A DNA stretch of 64,000 bases, taken from positions 1,054,001-1,118,000 of the forward strand of contig JBNJNM010000010.1 of assembly GCA_052426225.1 (NCBI GenBank), in the 5' to 3' direction. This DNA is from Zancudomyces culisetae HAW-14-8 (lineage: Eukaryota; Fungi; Kickxellomycota). The translations under genes and the position numbers were made by a program. Under the pieces are notes generated by a model. It had not been told where the DNA came from. It did not search any database and saw only the letters and a list, made by a program, of their open reading frames with translations. Positions 1 to 13,756 of this stretch are shown here, piece by piece. Within the stretch, counting starts at the first letter, position 1, and each line of letters begins with the position of its first letter.

Positions 1-36
1 TAACAGTGATTGTATTTCTTTAATTGACTTTGGTGT

Positions 37-2496
37 TTATACATTTTGAATTGCTTCGATCTTTTTTGGACTCGTACCTATTCCTTTATCCGATATCGTA
101 TGTCCTAAGTACTCAATTTCCCTATGTCCTATACTGCATTTGTTTTTATGTAATTGAATTTTATGAATTTTTAATAAATTTAATACATCTTTTAAATCTT
201 CAGCATGTTCTTCTTCTGTACGTGAATATACTATAATATCATCAATAAATACCACCGCCTTTTTCCATAAAACTGGTTTCAACACCATCTCCATTGTTCT
301 CTGAAAGGTAGCCGGACTATTCGTTAAACCGAAAGGCATAACGTTATAGCGATAACTACCGCTTCCTGGAAGTGCAAACGTAGTTTTATCCTTGTCGTGT
401 TCACTCATGCGTATTTGCCAGAACCCGCTTAACGCATCAAGTGAACTAAATATTGCTGATCCAGACAGTGCCATAAACAGATCTTGTATAACCGGTAAGG
501 GATAGCAGTCCTTTTTTGTTATTTTATTTAGTTGTCTGTAATCTGCGCATACTCTTAATTTTCCATCTTTTTTGTGTACAATAACTACCGGTGAGCACCA
601 CTCGGCATTACTAGGTTCGATTATTCCTTGTTGCAACATTTTCTGTAACTCGACTTCGACATTTTCCTGCAATCTGTACGGAATCCGGTATGGTCTTAAT
701 TTGATAGGTGTGTTTTCAGTCACCTCTATTCTGTGTTCAGATACATTTGTTTGTTGTAACTCAGAAATATCCTCTACAAAAAGTTCGTTATATTCTTCAA
801 GTACTTTTTGTATACTCGTATTTTGTATTTCTTTTATTCCTTTTGGCTTTTCTTTAATCATTAAATATATTTCAGACTCTTCTTCAATAGATATATTTGA
901 TGTAACAAGCCTGGTGATGACTTCAGCATTTTCGATTGGGAATCTTATCTCAGGTATTCTTAAGTTTATAGATGCTTTATGCTGTATTAACCAATCTGTA
1001 CCTAATATCAGAGTACCATCATTTTTGTTCATAACTATTAGATTAGCAGGAAATATGTAAGAAGCAATCTTAACAGGTATCTTGTTAACTTTTCCCAATG
1101 CTGCATGTCTTTTACCATCAGCGGTAACTATAACTTGGTTGATATTTTCATCAACATTCAACCCCCAATCTTCAACCATACTACTAGATACTACTGAGCA
1201 CGCTGCTCCAGTATCTACAACTGCTAATATATTTTGACCAAATATTTGTACTTGAGCTTTACAGTTTGTTACTTTTTTAGGTTGAAGTTGTATTTCATTT
1301 ATCTCAGCTGTATTAGATTTATCACATATACTAACCAGCTCTGCAGTTAAACCAGGTGAACTGTTTAACAATTGTATCAAACTTATCTTTGGATATATTT
1401 TATCCAACTCTTCTTTTAATGAAAACTTTTTTGTACCATCAGTTATCTTATTTATGTATCTCTTATACACTTGAGCTTTTAATGGAGTATTTTCATTTAT
1501 TTTTCCTACATCTTTATTGATATCTGAAGTATTGGTACTTTCAGAACTATCTAAAGGTGTTGCTGCTGTATTAATTCTTTTATTAGCTCTATTTTCTGAA
1601 GTTATATCTCTAAAATCACTTTTTCTTTTTTCAACTGCAAATAATTCTTGGCCTTGACAATCCTCTGTTCTTACCAATTCAATATAGTTTACATTTGTTC
1701 CTGTTTTAACTCTTTGTTCGTCATTTTGCAATGATTTCCACTTTTTGCATTCAAATTTTCTGTGACCATCTTCATGGCAGTAATAACACTTGTAAACCTG
1801 TGCAGAACCTAAATTGTAAGTTTTTAGTTTCTTTTCAACAACTTCATCTACTTTCGCTAATAAATTTACACTTAGTTCTTCAAATTTCCTGATCATGGCT
1901 GCATAGGGTTCCTTGTCCTTGGACATATCCTTTATTGCCCTACCCTGTTTACTTGCTGCATTCCTGGTAATTTCTTTGAACTTAGTAACTCTTTCTTTTC
2001 CTTCTGTCTTCCTATATATTCCTTGCTCAGCCCTTTCAAGATTGGATATGTACTTAATTACTTTGTCCCAATTCTTGTAACCAGATTCTTCGAGTTTCTC
2101 TTTAAACTCATCCTTCAAAGTACTAACTAGTAAGTCCAACTTAATCTCATCTTTAACAATTCCTGCTTTTTCGCATAAAAGCTCCAGCTCATATTCAAGC
2201 TCTTCAATACTGTTATAGTCGGAGTGTTTAATTGTTCTTAACTTATCCCATATTTGACTCTTGGTTTCTTTGGCTCTAAACTTTTCAATAAACAGCTTAC
2301 TGAACGTATCCCAATCTGTGAATAAACCTTTATTCTTCTTATACCAAATGGCTTCCTTCTTGCCAAGGTATAACTTCACGAGATCAATCCAATCCTGTTC
2401 TTCCCAACTGTTCTGTTTTGCCACCAAACGATAATTTTCCGCCCAGTCCTCGGGATTAGTACCTTTATCTGATTCAAATGTTTTTGGAGTAATCAT
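37..2496 (-). pseudogene. Single-frame gag-pol (CCHC knuckle, aspartic protease, RT) with an in-frame nonsense codon at 37-39
   Basis: CYYCHEDGHRKFEC, VDTGAACS, YNVMPFGL, VFIDDII; the frame continues after TAA as TPKSIKEIQSLL. Confidence 0.9.
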
Positions 2497-2560
2497 TTTG
2501 TACTCTTATTGACTTATTTTTGAATATATATATCTTCTTGTAAATATCTCTAGGTATATG

Positions 2561-2577
2561 CCTAGCTGGGAGCGCCA
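2561..2577 (-). promoter_or_regulatory. Primer-binding site of X (TGGCGCTCCCAGCTAGG)
   Basis: Starts with TGG 1 nt after the LTR end; complementary to a tRNA 3' end ...GGGAGCG-CCA (isotype not assigned). Confidence 0.8.
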
Positions 2578-2578
2578 C

Positions 2579-3040
2579 TGTTGTATAATTAAATTTTACT
2601 TATAATTATTTATATTTTTCTTATTTATATATGTATAATATGTATCGTATAATTATTGTTATAAATTATAAACTTAGTTGAAACTATTATAAACTTAATA
2701 TAAACATCTGTAGTTGATCATAACTATTTATTTACTGCTATAAAGCTTGTATGATAGAATGATATTATTTCCTTATGCAATAACTAACCCTTTAAATACT
2801 TTTCCTAGTATTATAAATATACTAATAACTAACTATTGAACTAATACTAACTAAATAAACTAATACTGAAACAATTTAATTGAGTAATAAACTAATACTC
2901 TTAGAAAAAACATCAATGAATCAGTTTCATTGAATACTAAAAAAACTAAAACTAAAAGTATATTAATAATTTAATTATTTCACTTGATGATAAACATATA
3001 ATATTAGTTTATCACCAAGGGTTCATGTCACTATATGACA
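2579..3040 (-). repeat. 5' LTR of X
   Basis: TG...CA ends with imperfect terminal IR, adjacent to PBS; followed by the 4-bp spacer GTCA. Confidence 0.8.
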
Positions 3041-3044
3041 GTCA

Positions 3045-3277
3045 TGTCGTGTAGTGAAAATGCATAACCTCCTACTTGGTAACTTTCGCTACCAAGTATA
3101 CACGGGACGGGTCAATTTCAATAATATATAAATTTATTATACTATTATTTATCTGTGGAAAAGGACAATTTATTAATTAATTCACAATAAACATATTTAT
3201 ACTATTTCTATAAAATACATCTATTAAACTAACCAATAAAATTGGGACAACTCTTCAGTATAGTTTACTATACGACA
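3045..3277. repeat. Solo LTR, family A
   Basis: TGTCGTGTAG...CTATACGACA; flanked by GTCA/GTCG; diverged inverted copy at 24352-25370. Confidence 0.8.
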
Positions 3278-3281
3278 GTCG

Positions 3282-3741
3282 GATCGTATTAGTTTTTATA
3301 TTATATGTATGGGCACTTTTTCCCACTGGGTTTTTCCCCATACATTTGTTTAATTCTTAGTATTAATATCATTTAATTTTATTAACGCATTTATATGTTT
3401 CAAAATAAATCAGTGTAATTTATCATGCGGATAAATTACACCAAACCACGTGTGTTAACACGGGGTAACGATGCTGTTTTGAGTGAACTGTTAACATGAT
3501 AAGAAATGTAGGGGTAGAAAAGATAAACAACGATTCAATTAATAAAACATGTTTGAACAACAGAAGAACATGTTAGTGATTTCAAAACAATGTTGACATA
3601 CAGAAATACTACATAAACCCCAACTTTATTTCACTTTTTGAAAGGAGACATCGAACTATTATTTAAATATCTTATACTTTAATATATAATAAAACTTAAT
3701 AAATAAATATTCACTAGTATACAAATTTTAAAAATACTACA
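3282..3741. repeat. Solo LTR, family B
   Basis: Flanked by GTCG/GTCG; inverted copy at 25375-25831; internal 12-bp palindrome GTGTAATTTATC-N5-GATAAATTACAC. Confidence 0.75.
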
Positions 3742-6700
3742 GTCGTGTAATTATTTTTAATAACTTTGCCTTTTAAGGGGCCTTGTACTCAACTCCGAAC
3801 TCTATCGCACTTGTATAGTTTTTATCCTACACCCTTGCTAATAGTTCGTTTTATGAAGTTAGTACCGTTGTAATTTTTGTATCTCGTATTTTCTTTTTAT
3901 TCTCTTTTTTTTTTCTTCTTCAAAACTATGTATAAATTATAATATCTTTTGTTATCTCAAAAACTAATTATAAAACTTTTCCTGATAACGACTAACCTGT
4001 TATCAAGGATAGAAATTGGATAAAACCCTCCATAGGGAGAAAAGTCCAATCTCCAATGAAATAAATATGATAAAATAAATATGATAAACTAAATATGATA
4101 AATAAACTGCCAATCAAAGCTAGAAGGTATGAACTATCATTAATTATATGACAGTTACCCCCCTACCAGATTGGACTTATTCCTGAATTAGTCTTGAAAC
4201 GATACAACTTAGTTTTCAGTGGACCTGACACCTCTGGGATCATGTATCGACTGTGCTGATATGCCTTTAGTAAGTCCCCATTGATTAAGTCCCGATTACC
4301 AACATTGTCTGAAATAATATAAGCGCCTTTGGATAATACATTCTCAACTTTGTAGGGGCCCTCCCAGACTTCTTCTAGCTTACTAACGGTCTGTTCTACC
4401 CGTTTCAATACCAGATCTCCTGTCTTGAACGCTGATACTTTTACCGTCTTATTATAAACCTCCTTATCTTTTTCCTTAGCTGCTACATTGTTAGTAGCAC
4501 TCGCTGTTTGCATCTCTGGTAAATCAGTAGTTATGGCTCTAATTCGCTCCTGAATAGCGAGGTCTAAATCGTCTGCGTCAGATGGGGGTGCCCACACACT
4601 AGGTGTAACGATCTGCATTCCGTAGAGTAATTCTGATGGACTGAATTTGGTCGACTTATTCCTCATAGTTCGGATGGCCAATAGGGCCTTCCAAATATAC
4701 TTGTCCCACTGTTCTTTATCGGCCCTGCATTGTCTCACCAAAGCGTTTTTAAGCGTTTGGTTCAGTCTCTCCACTTGCCCATTGGACTGTGGACGATATG
4801 GAGTTGTGGGTGTATGCCTAATCCCTAAGTATTTGTACACCTGCTCTGCTAGATCGCTAACGAATCCAGATCCCCGATCCGTGATAATCTGGTTTGGAAC
4901 GCCAAAAACTTGCACTATATGTGTTAATATAAAACTTATTATGGTTTCTGTTTTAATATTTGGTACAGCGGCCGCCACCGGCCACTTGGTGAAATAGTCT
5001 ATTCCAGTTAGTATAAATCGGTTGCCTGACTCACTAATCGGATTGATTGGTCCGATAGCATCTAGGCCGAATATTCCAAACGGTTTTTGAGCAAATATTG
5101 GATTCAAGTTGTTTCTCCTAGTCCTTCCTCCCCGGAACCGTTGGCACGTTTCGCATTCATTGACTACTTTCTTCACTGTTTCATATAATCCTTCGCCTGT
5201 AAATTTCTCCTTAGCCTTTATCCATGTGTTTTCGATTCCTAGATGTGCTTCTTCATGAATCTTTTGTATAGTTTCTTCTATATTCTTTTCATGAAGTACC
5301 TCCTTCACTTGACCTTTGATTATACGACTTAGCTTATCATTCCTGATCACGTACTTCTTTGCCTTGTTTCTTAACTTCATCCTAAAATTATCATCGGCAC
5401 CTCGAGGATACTCATGCGTGTTTAAATAGTTAGTTATAGCAGAATAGTATAAGAAATCCAATGACATTATATCCAATAGTTCAGGCTTATCTATTTCGTT
5501 TCCTCCAGGTAATCTGGATAGGGCATCGGCCGGGTTCTTCTTGCCAGGGCAGTGTTCGATAGTATACTCATATGTCCTTAGTATCATCGCCCACCTGGCG
5601 ACTCGTCCTGTGATATCCTTACCATTAAACAACTGTAGGAGTGATTTATGATCAGTCCTAATTACAAAATGTTTTCCCCATAAATACTGTCTCAGCTTCT
5701 TAACAGCCCACACCACGGCTAGGCCTTCCAAGTGTGCTACTGAGTAATTGCGTTCATGCGGATTTAGTATTCTGCTTAGGTAACAAATGGGTTTCTCACC
5801 ATCATCAAAAGTTTGTGAGAGAATGGCGCCTATCCCAACCACCGACGCATCTGTTGTCACCACAAACTCCTTCATCCAGTCCGGATGAGCTAATACCGGA
5901 GCCATACTCAGTTTCAATTTTAGATCTTCGACTGCCTTTTGTTGTTCCTCACCCCAGTTCCAATGGGTGTTTTTCTTCAATAGCTTCAATAATGGTGACA
6001 CAACCCTCGCATAGTTTTCTACAAACTTGCGGTAATAGCCCGTGAGTCCAAGAAAGGACTGTAACTCCTTTACATTATTGGGAATGCTTGCAGTTTGTAT
6101 TGCCTTAATTTTATCTGTACTAGTTTCGATATCTTCTCCAGAGACTGTGTGTCCTAATTAAGTTATGCTGCGCATACCTAGCCTACACTTATCTGCGTGC
6201 AACTGAATCTTGTGTTTTCTTAGCAATTCGAGAACCTCCCTTACATCGACTATATGCTGATCAATAGTTCTTGAATACACCACAATGTCGTCAATGAAGA
6301 CAACCGTGGTCTTCCACAGCACTGGGGCTAGAGCCTGCTCCATCATTCGCTGGAAGGAAGCAGGACTGTTGGTGAGCCCGAATGGCATCACGTTGTAACA
6401 GTACGTGCCACTTCCAGGGATGGCAAATGCAGTTTTGTCCCGATCATCTGACGCCATGGGTATCTGCCAATACCCGCTCAGTGCGTCAAATGAACTGAAC
6501 ACAGTAGCGCCAGCCAGCGCCATGAAAATGTCATCAATGGTTGGAAGGGGGTACGAATCCTTCCGAGTAATCTGGTTAAGTTTGCGATAGTCGGCACAAA
6601 TTCGCAGCCGACCATCCTTCTTCCACACTGCCACTACTGGGGAACACCACTCTGATACACAAGGTGATATTACCCCATTTCTCTCCATTGTTTCCAACTC

Positions 6701-8422
6701 AGCTCTTACCTTTTCATACAAATGATATGGAATTCGATACGGCCGTTGCTTGATTGGCCGATCGCAGGTAAGATCAATTCGATGGCTGGTGACGTCCGTT
6801 TGAGTGAGTTGCTCCACCCCTTCAATGAACAAATCTTTATTTTGTTCCACTAGCTCGGTTATTTCTGGTATTTCAATATGCTCGTTATCTGATAACCTTT
6901 CATTTGCATTATCGTCTTTTCCTAAGACTAGATATACTTCAGATTCATCTACATCAACCTCTTCCGTCATTAGCCTCGTATATAATGGGGTAATCAGTAT
7001 TCTCTGGCCAATAGGTAGACTCAATTGCCCTTTCTGCAAGTCGATTCTTGCTCTATGATTGCATTACCAATCGGTACCCTGGATGAGAATGTCATCGCCT
7101 CTGTTCATTATAGTGACATCCACTGCAAAGATATAGTTCCCTACTTGTATCGGCACCTCTCTCATAGTACCTAGTGGCGCATGTCTCTTTCCGTCCGCTG
7201 TTACAACTACTTGTCCAGCTGTATGTTCTGTGCGGAGTCCCCATTCGTTTACTAATTTCGGTGTAGCCACGGAACAGGCAGCTCCCGTGTCTATTATTGC
7301 CCACATCTTTATTCGAATATCTGTACCTCCACTTTACAATTCGAGGTTTTTCCTGACTTTAGCTGTATCTCATTTATTTCTGTTTTTCTGACTTTTTTGA
7401 CCAACTGGTTTATATCAACTGAGAGTTGAGGTGCAGCTTGAATTAGTTGCGGTAGACTGATGTGCGGGCAATATGACTTTAGGTCATCGGCCAGATTGAA
7501 CGGTGTAACCCCTTCTGCTATTGCTGGTACTAATTTATTCCTCCGTGTAGCCACTTTTTCACTTCCCACTACCTCCTTGTTACTACTCTTAACCTTCTGA
7601 TTAAGCGACGTAGTAAGTGGTACTTCCTGCATATCAGCGTGCTCGATGAGTTGTTCCATTGGCATAGCTTTCTCTCTTGGCTTTGGCGGCAGACGTCCAG
7701 TCCTAGTGTGTTTGTACGGCTTCTGTATCCCCTTTGGTCTAATTCCCCTTTGTACCGCAAATATTTCTGCATTTTCTTCTTCTTCAGGTGCCAACTCTAT
7801 GTAATTCACACTCTTATTCTTATCTGGTTGTATGCTCTCCCCCGGTTGTACTCTGACTCTTCTTGGACAATCTGGAGCCTTGTGCCTTACTTCTGAACAA
7901 TGGTAACATTGAATTGGTCGCCTAGTAAATGTCGGTTGTCTTGACCTACGATCCTCCTTGAGCCGCTTCTCTATTACCTCGTCCACTTTAGTTAGGAGGT
8001 GTACACTCCATTCCTCCATTTTCCTTACCATCTCATTATAGCCTAATCGCTCCTCAGCCATCTCACGTATAGGCTTTCCCATGTGTGGTAGCTGTAGCTT
8101 CTTCTCAACTGTTTTTACCAAGCCTTCTTTTGCCATACTTTCGGCTGCTCCTGGTTGTATCCCCTGTTGTTCTGCGTTACTAACCGTTTCAATGGTACCT
8201 TTCCAGTCACTGCATCCTGCACTCCTGACCATTGCTCTGTAGTTTCCAGCTAACGTACTTTGTAGCCAATTCAGTTTCTGCTCATCATCTGTTATTTTGG
8301 CTTTAACTAGTATGTCCTCCAGCACATACTCCATTTCTTCAATACTCTCAAAGTCTTCCTGCTTTATAGTTTTAAGCTTCTCAAAATATACTATCCCTTG
8401 ACCCTTAGGTCCAAACTTCTCG
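3742..8422 (-). mobile_element. Degenerate Ty3/Gypsy element C (3' LTR about 3742-4153; 5' end truncated)
   Basis: PPT TAGGGGGGTAAC at 4154-4165 next to LTR end; gag cut at 8422 by another LTR. Confidence 0.9.
4163..8422 (-). pseudogene. gag-pol (gag, PR, RT, RNase H, IN with GPY/F module) broken by a frameshift and two stops
   Basis: ORF pieces 7309-8334, 7064-7306, 6158-7039, 4163-6001; IDTGAACS, VFIDDIV, TTDAS, ITDRGS, WEGPYKV. Confidence 0.92.
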
Positions 8423-8629
8423 TGTCATGAACTGATTCTAGAATGTCGAAAACGTTCTAGAATCATCTGATTTTATTCCGCAGTAATGTTTAGAATGTTG
8501 GGGAACATTCTAGAACATTACCGAAAATTCACATTATTTATTAATTTTTCTTTCGTAATAATTTTCACATGTTTAATTTTATTAGCATTCGAGTTTGATT
8601 TTTGTTTGATTACTAATCCAATTTGATTA
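8423..8629. repeat. Truncated LTR (TGTCATGAACTG...)
   Basis: Closely similar to the sequence starting at 16280; interrupts gag of C and is itself cut by the chromovirus at 8630. Confidence 0.75.
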
Positions 8630-8785
8630 TGTCAGAATCGCATTATTTACCCATAAGTTTTAATATTTATTATTAATCATATTTAATTACCTTTGAATCC
8701 TAACTTAGGAACATTAAGTTTCCCAACTTAAATAAATTAGTTTCCTGACATTTTGGGAAACTTCTAATTATTGGTTGAAGAGTTA

Positions 8786-11700
8786 ATGATGGTCCACCAA
8801 TTAGATGAGATCGCAAAATTAGCTATGCAACAAGCCTTGCAAGAAAGTCAAGCTCAAGCCCAGGCTCAAGCCCAGACACCCGCCCAAGTCCCCAGTCAGT
8901 TGCAGAATTTGCCTGCACCAAATCCGCAGCCAAGGATTGATGGTATCAGAATACCAGAAATCCAGAAATACTCAGGAGAATCAGGAAGGTTCCGAGCCTT
9001 CACCGCCGAGATCAAGCGCCAGTTCTGGGCCAGACCAGACGTGTTCCAGAGTGATCATAACAAGATATGGTTCATCAGTTCTCACCTTGCCGGTCATGCT
9101 GCCCTGTGGTTCGATAACCTTATCGATACCCAATCACCGTTGCTCTCAGATTTCAAAGGGTTTGAGAATGAATTTCAAAAGAGATTCTCAGATCCTGGCC
9201 ACCAAGCCCGAGCTATCACCCAGCTTCATAGTTGTCGCCAGTCTTAGCGTTCCGTCCTGGAATTTGCAACCGAGTTCAGAAACCTCGCCTCTCTCAGTGG
9301 ATTCAACGAGCCAGCCAAAATTCACCTGTTTTACATCGGATTGGATACTAGCCTTGTCCAGCGCCTTGCCACTGAACCGCTACCAAACACCTTGGACCAG
9401 CTCATTGATCAGGTGATTGAGCTTGAGAACAGAATCAATGCCCGCAGTGCCTACCTGCCCAAGAGAAGCGTCCCATTCCGCAACTGGAGTACTCCGGCTC
9501 CACCGGTCTTCCCCCGTCCAGCCATGCCTGTCCCAGATTACCAGGCTCCTGAACCAATGGACGTTGATGCCGTCACCTCCCGTCCAAGAGCACCGCTAGA
9601 TACAGCCGAACGTCAGAGAAGATTAGCCAATAATCTTTGTCTATACTGTGGTCAGCCGAACCACATTCTCCGTAACTGTCCGCTCCGCAGGCCAAGACCC
9701 CCTATACCTGGGGTGCCAAAAGACAGTGCTCAGATGTAGTCCGGGAGTTACTCCTGAGCGTAGCTAATAATTCTAATATTTCTAGTAATAAATTTCATAT
9801 TAAAGTTGTTTTAAATAATCTATACGAACTTGTTGCATTAGTGAACTCCGGTGCTTCAGCCAACTTTATTCGTCAAGATTTATTAGAAAAACTAAACCTC
9901 CCAACCAAAGAAGCTGAAAAAACCATCGTCCTAGAAAGTGTTGATGGTCACCAGATATACCCAGGGGGCATAAATGTCAAGGTTGATAATGCCCATATCA
10001 AGTCCGGTCCTAACCACTCTGAACACCTAGACCTTATCCCGATTCCAACCAATCACGCTGACATTATTTTTGGATTACCCTGGTTACGCAAACACAATCC
10101 TAGTATAACTTGGCCAGACCTCCAGATCCACTTCGACTCTGACTTTTGCAGTACAAATTGTGTTGATACCCACTCCATCCAGGCCGTGTTCAAGTCACCT
10201 GATGAACCAGATCCAGATCCAGTAGAACAAAATATTAGCCAGAATACGTCCACAAACCCAACTATCCTCCAAAGGGTGTTGAATAGATTATCAACTACCC
10301 TGCTACCACACAGTGCCAAGTTGCTCGAATCGGTCAAATTGGACGATTCAAACACTGAAAATCAAAGATTTTCACCGCCTCCGTCTCCTGATCTCCCCAG
10401 CCCAGCCCCGTCAAATCCATACGCCAGAATTGAAGAGATTCTTCCTGTTCCTGTTTCTGCACCAGTCCAATCAGTCACTCCAGAACCTGAAACCCAAAGT
10501 TTGCCCAAACCCGCAGCTATTGAGAACCCAGTAGATAACCATGTTGTCAAGCAAATTCCTGAGCCCCGTCGTCCAGTAACCCCTGTGCCAAAAGTACCAC
10601 TCAGACCTGAACTTCCCAAAGCAATCCTGAAGAAAATTGAGCCAAGAGAACCAGTCGTCAGATCCCGGCCATTTCATAAAAATACCCCAGTCACCACCCC
10701 CGAGCCAGAATATTCCTTGGATCCAGATCCTGTAACTTTTGCCGTTTCTGAGTCCCCACTAGAGTACTTGGAAGAATTCCCGCAACTTCCAGTAATATAC
10801 TCTGAATTCAAGGAAGTGTTCAATCCCAAGTCTGCCGTTTCACTTCCTCCTCACCGCCGTTATGACTGTCCATTCAACACCAAAGAGGGTTACACCCCAT
10901 ACTGGGGGCCAATATACCCGCTATCTGAAGTAGAGTTAGAGTCTCTAAGAGGTTACATCCGCGAAAACCTCACCAATGGCTTCATCAGACGCTCTGTTTC
11001 CCCTGCCGGTGCACCAATCATGTTTGTAAAGAAGAAGTCTGGAGACTTGCGCCTTTGTGTTGACTACCGCCGATTGAACGAAGCTACCATCAAGAATAGG
11101 TACCCATTACATAGGATTGATGAGGCGTTCGATCGGCTGCGTACAGCCAAGGTCTTTACAAAATTGGATCTCAAAGGTGCCTACAACTTGGTGCGGATCA
11201 AGGAAGGTGATGAGTGGAAAACTGCATTTAGGTGCAGATATGGCCACTTTGAGTACCAGGTCATGCCATTTGGCTTGACAAATGCTCCCGCCACCTTTCA
11301 GCACTTTATCAATGATGTGTTACGAGATGTATTGGATCTCTATGCAGTTGCATACCTTGACGACATCTTGATATTTTCCAATGACACTGACACTCACATC
11401 AATCATGTGAAATCTGTTCTGAAAAAGCTGCTTGAAAATGGTCTGTACTGTAACGCCGAAAAATGTCACTTCCATATCAGGGAAGTTGAATTTCTAGGCC
11501 ATGTTGTGTCTTCAGATGGAATAGCCACCGATCCTGCTAAAGTCAAGTGTGTAAAGGAATGGCTACCACCCACCAATGTCAAGGAGGTCCAGAAGTTTCT
11601 CGGTTTTGCCAATTACTACCGAAAGTTTATCCCATACTTCTCGCTGAAAGCCCTGCCAATCACAAGACTTCTGAAAAAGGATACACCGTTCGTTTGGAGT

Positions 11701-13724
11701 AAGGAGGCAGGTGAAGCCTTTAATACTCTTATCCAGGATCTCACCACTTCCCCCGTTCTCAGATACCCTGACCCAGGAAAACAGTTTATTCTGGAAACTG
11801 ACGCCTCAGACTACGCCATTGGGGCTGCTCTATCCCAAGAAGATGAAAACGGTGATCTCCGTCCTTGTGCCTACTACTCTTACAAACTCAACACTGCCGA
11901 ATCCAACTATAATATCTATGACAAGGAACTTTTGGCAATCATCAAGGCTCTCAAAGAATGGCGACATCATCTGGAAGGCTCCTCCATCCCGTTCAAGATT
12001 CTTACTGACCATAAGAATCTGGAGACCTTTAAAAATCTGAAGTCACTCAACAGAAGACACGCAAGATGGTCTCTTGATCTCAGTAGATTCAGCTTCATCA
12101 TAACCTACAGGCCTGGATCTCAAGGAGGCAAACCTGACGCTCTTTCTCGTTTACCCAATCACACACCTGATAAGGTCGCCAACAACAACATCATAGGCGA
12201 AGACCACTTCATAGACATTATTAGCATAGTGGACAGTGATTTTGCTCAAGAAATCGCCAAATCCAGCAAAGCCCATCTAGAAGGATTATTGGATGCCGCA
12301 AGATACCAGAGCAGCCATAAGTCTAACGAGCCAGTAGAAGTTGAAGATGGAATTGTAATGCTTGGAAACCGTGTTGTCGTCCCCGACAAAATGAAGCCGC
12401 AAGTTGTAAGTTCTAGACATGACAGTGGCCCAGCCGGCCATTTTGGTGCTAAGAAGACATTGGAGCTCGTGGAACGAGACTTTTGGTTTCCAGGAATGCG
12501 CAAATTTATTAAAGAGTTTGTTCAAACCTGTGATACATGCAATAGATCAAAGGACAGAAGACACAAAGTTTACGGTAAACTACTTCCGCTACCCGCTCCC
12601 TCAGGCCCATGGAAATCTATCACCATGGATTTCATAACTGATCTTCCTCCATCCAACAAGCACACTACTATTATGGTAGTGGTAGACAGGTTCACTAAAA
12701 TGAGCCATTTCATCCCGCTTAAGAAACTGCCTCCGCCTTTTTCACACATGTATTCAAGCTTCATGGACTTCCAGACGTCATAATCTCAGACCGTGGAACC
12801 CAATTCTCGTCCAAATTTTGGAGTTCACTATTCAAACTGCTCAAAGTTGATACTAGGATGTCTACAGCCTTTCATCCAGAGACAGACGGTCAAACGGAGC
12901 GGGTGAATCAAACATTGGAACAGTATCTACGCTGTTTCATCAACTATCAGCAAGATAATTGGTTTGAACTGCTCCCAATTGCCGAATTTGCTTATAACAA
13001 CACTCTCCACTCCAGCACTAATACTTCTCCTTTCTTTGCTCTATATGGTTACCATCCAAGATTTGATCCTCAAATCACTAAAAACGTTCACGTCCCCAGC
13101 GCTTCTGATAGGATAAAACAACTTAAAGAACTTCAATCAGCCCTCACTTCCATACTTAACAAGAAATCTCAGGAATATAAAAAGTATGCTGATGTAAACC
13201 GATCTGAACATCCAAAGTATAAACTAGGTGACAAGGTTTGGCTATCCAGCCAAAATATCAAAACTCAAAGGCCTTCTAAAAAGCTTGACCATAGACTTCT
13301 AGGACCTTTCACCATCTCTAAAATTATCAATCCTGTTTCTGTCCGTTTAGACCTCCCGCCATCAATGAAAATCAATAACACTTTTCATGTCTCGTTATTG
13401 GAACCGTATATCGAACCCAGCAGTAACCGCAGATTATTAAACAGTCTTCCTCCACCTCTAATTATAAATGGAAATAAAGAATATGAAGTTAAGGCTATTT
13501 TGGATTCTAAGCTTGTTAGGGGTAAAAAATATTACTTAGTTGATTGGAAAGGCTTTGACATAAGTGAAAGAAGCTGGGAGCCGATTGAAAACATAAACGC
13601 GCCACAACTATTGAAAAAATACTATAAGACATATCCAACAAACCATAAGAGCAACATTATATTATATTATTTAACCAATATTATACCTAAATACTTATCA
13701 AAAAAAACTATAAAACCAACCTAA
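8786..13724 (+). pseudogene. gag, then pol in the -1 frame (PR-RT-RH-IN-chromodomain); nonsense codon in gag and frameshifting deletion in IN
   Basis: PEPMDVD, CLYCGQPNHILRNC, AYLDDIL, ETDASD, chromodomain EYEVKAILDSK...YLVDWKGF...SWEP; in-frame TAG at 9245-9247. Confidence 0.93.
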
Positions 13725-13756
13725 AAACAACTAAAAAGCATAAAAAATTATAAAAG

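Larger units (their letters stand above)
1..3040 (-). mobile_element. Ty3/Gypsy LTR retrotransposon X (5' half; runs off the left window edge)
   Basis: Gag-pol ORF on minus strand, PBS at 2561-2577, 5' LTR 2579-3040 with TGTTGTATA...TATATGACA ends. Confidence 0.92.

Noticed and set aside
3045-3741. A-B-A TRIM-like miniature element
   Set aside because: No PBS or PPT between A and B; B has its own LTR-like ends and 4-bp flanking duplication, and the A/B order differs between loci.
4060-4110. Short tandem repeat (AAATATGATAAA x3)
   Set aside because: Ordinary U3 repeat inside the C LTR.
9715-9760. Frameshift signal of the 8630 element
   Set aside because: pol is in the -1 frame and a GCTCAG/CTGAGC stem exists, but there is no canonical slippery heptamer in this copy, so it is not annotated.
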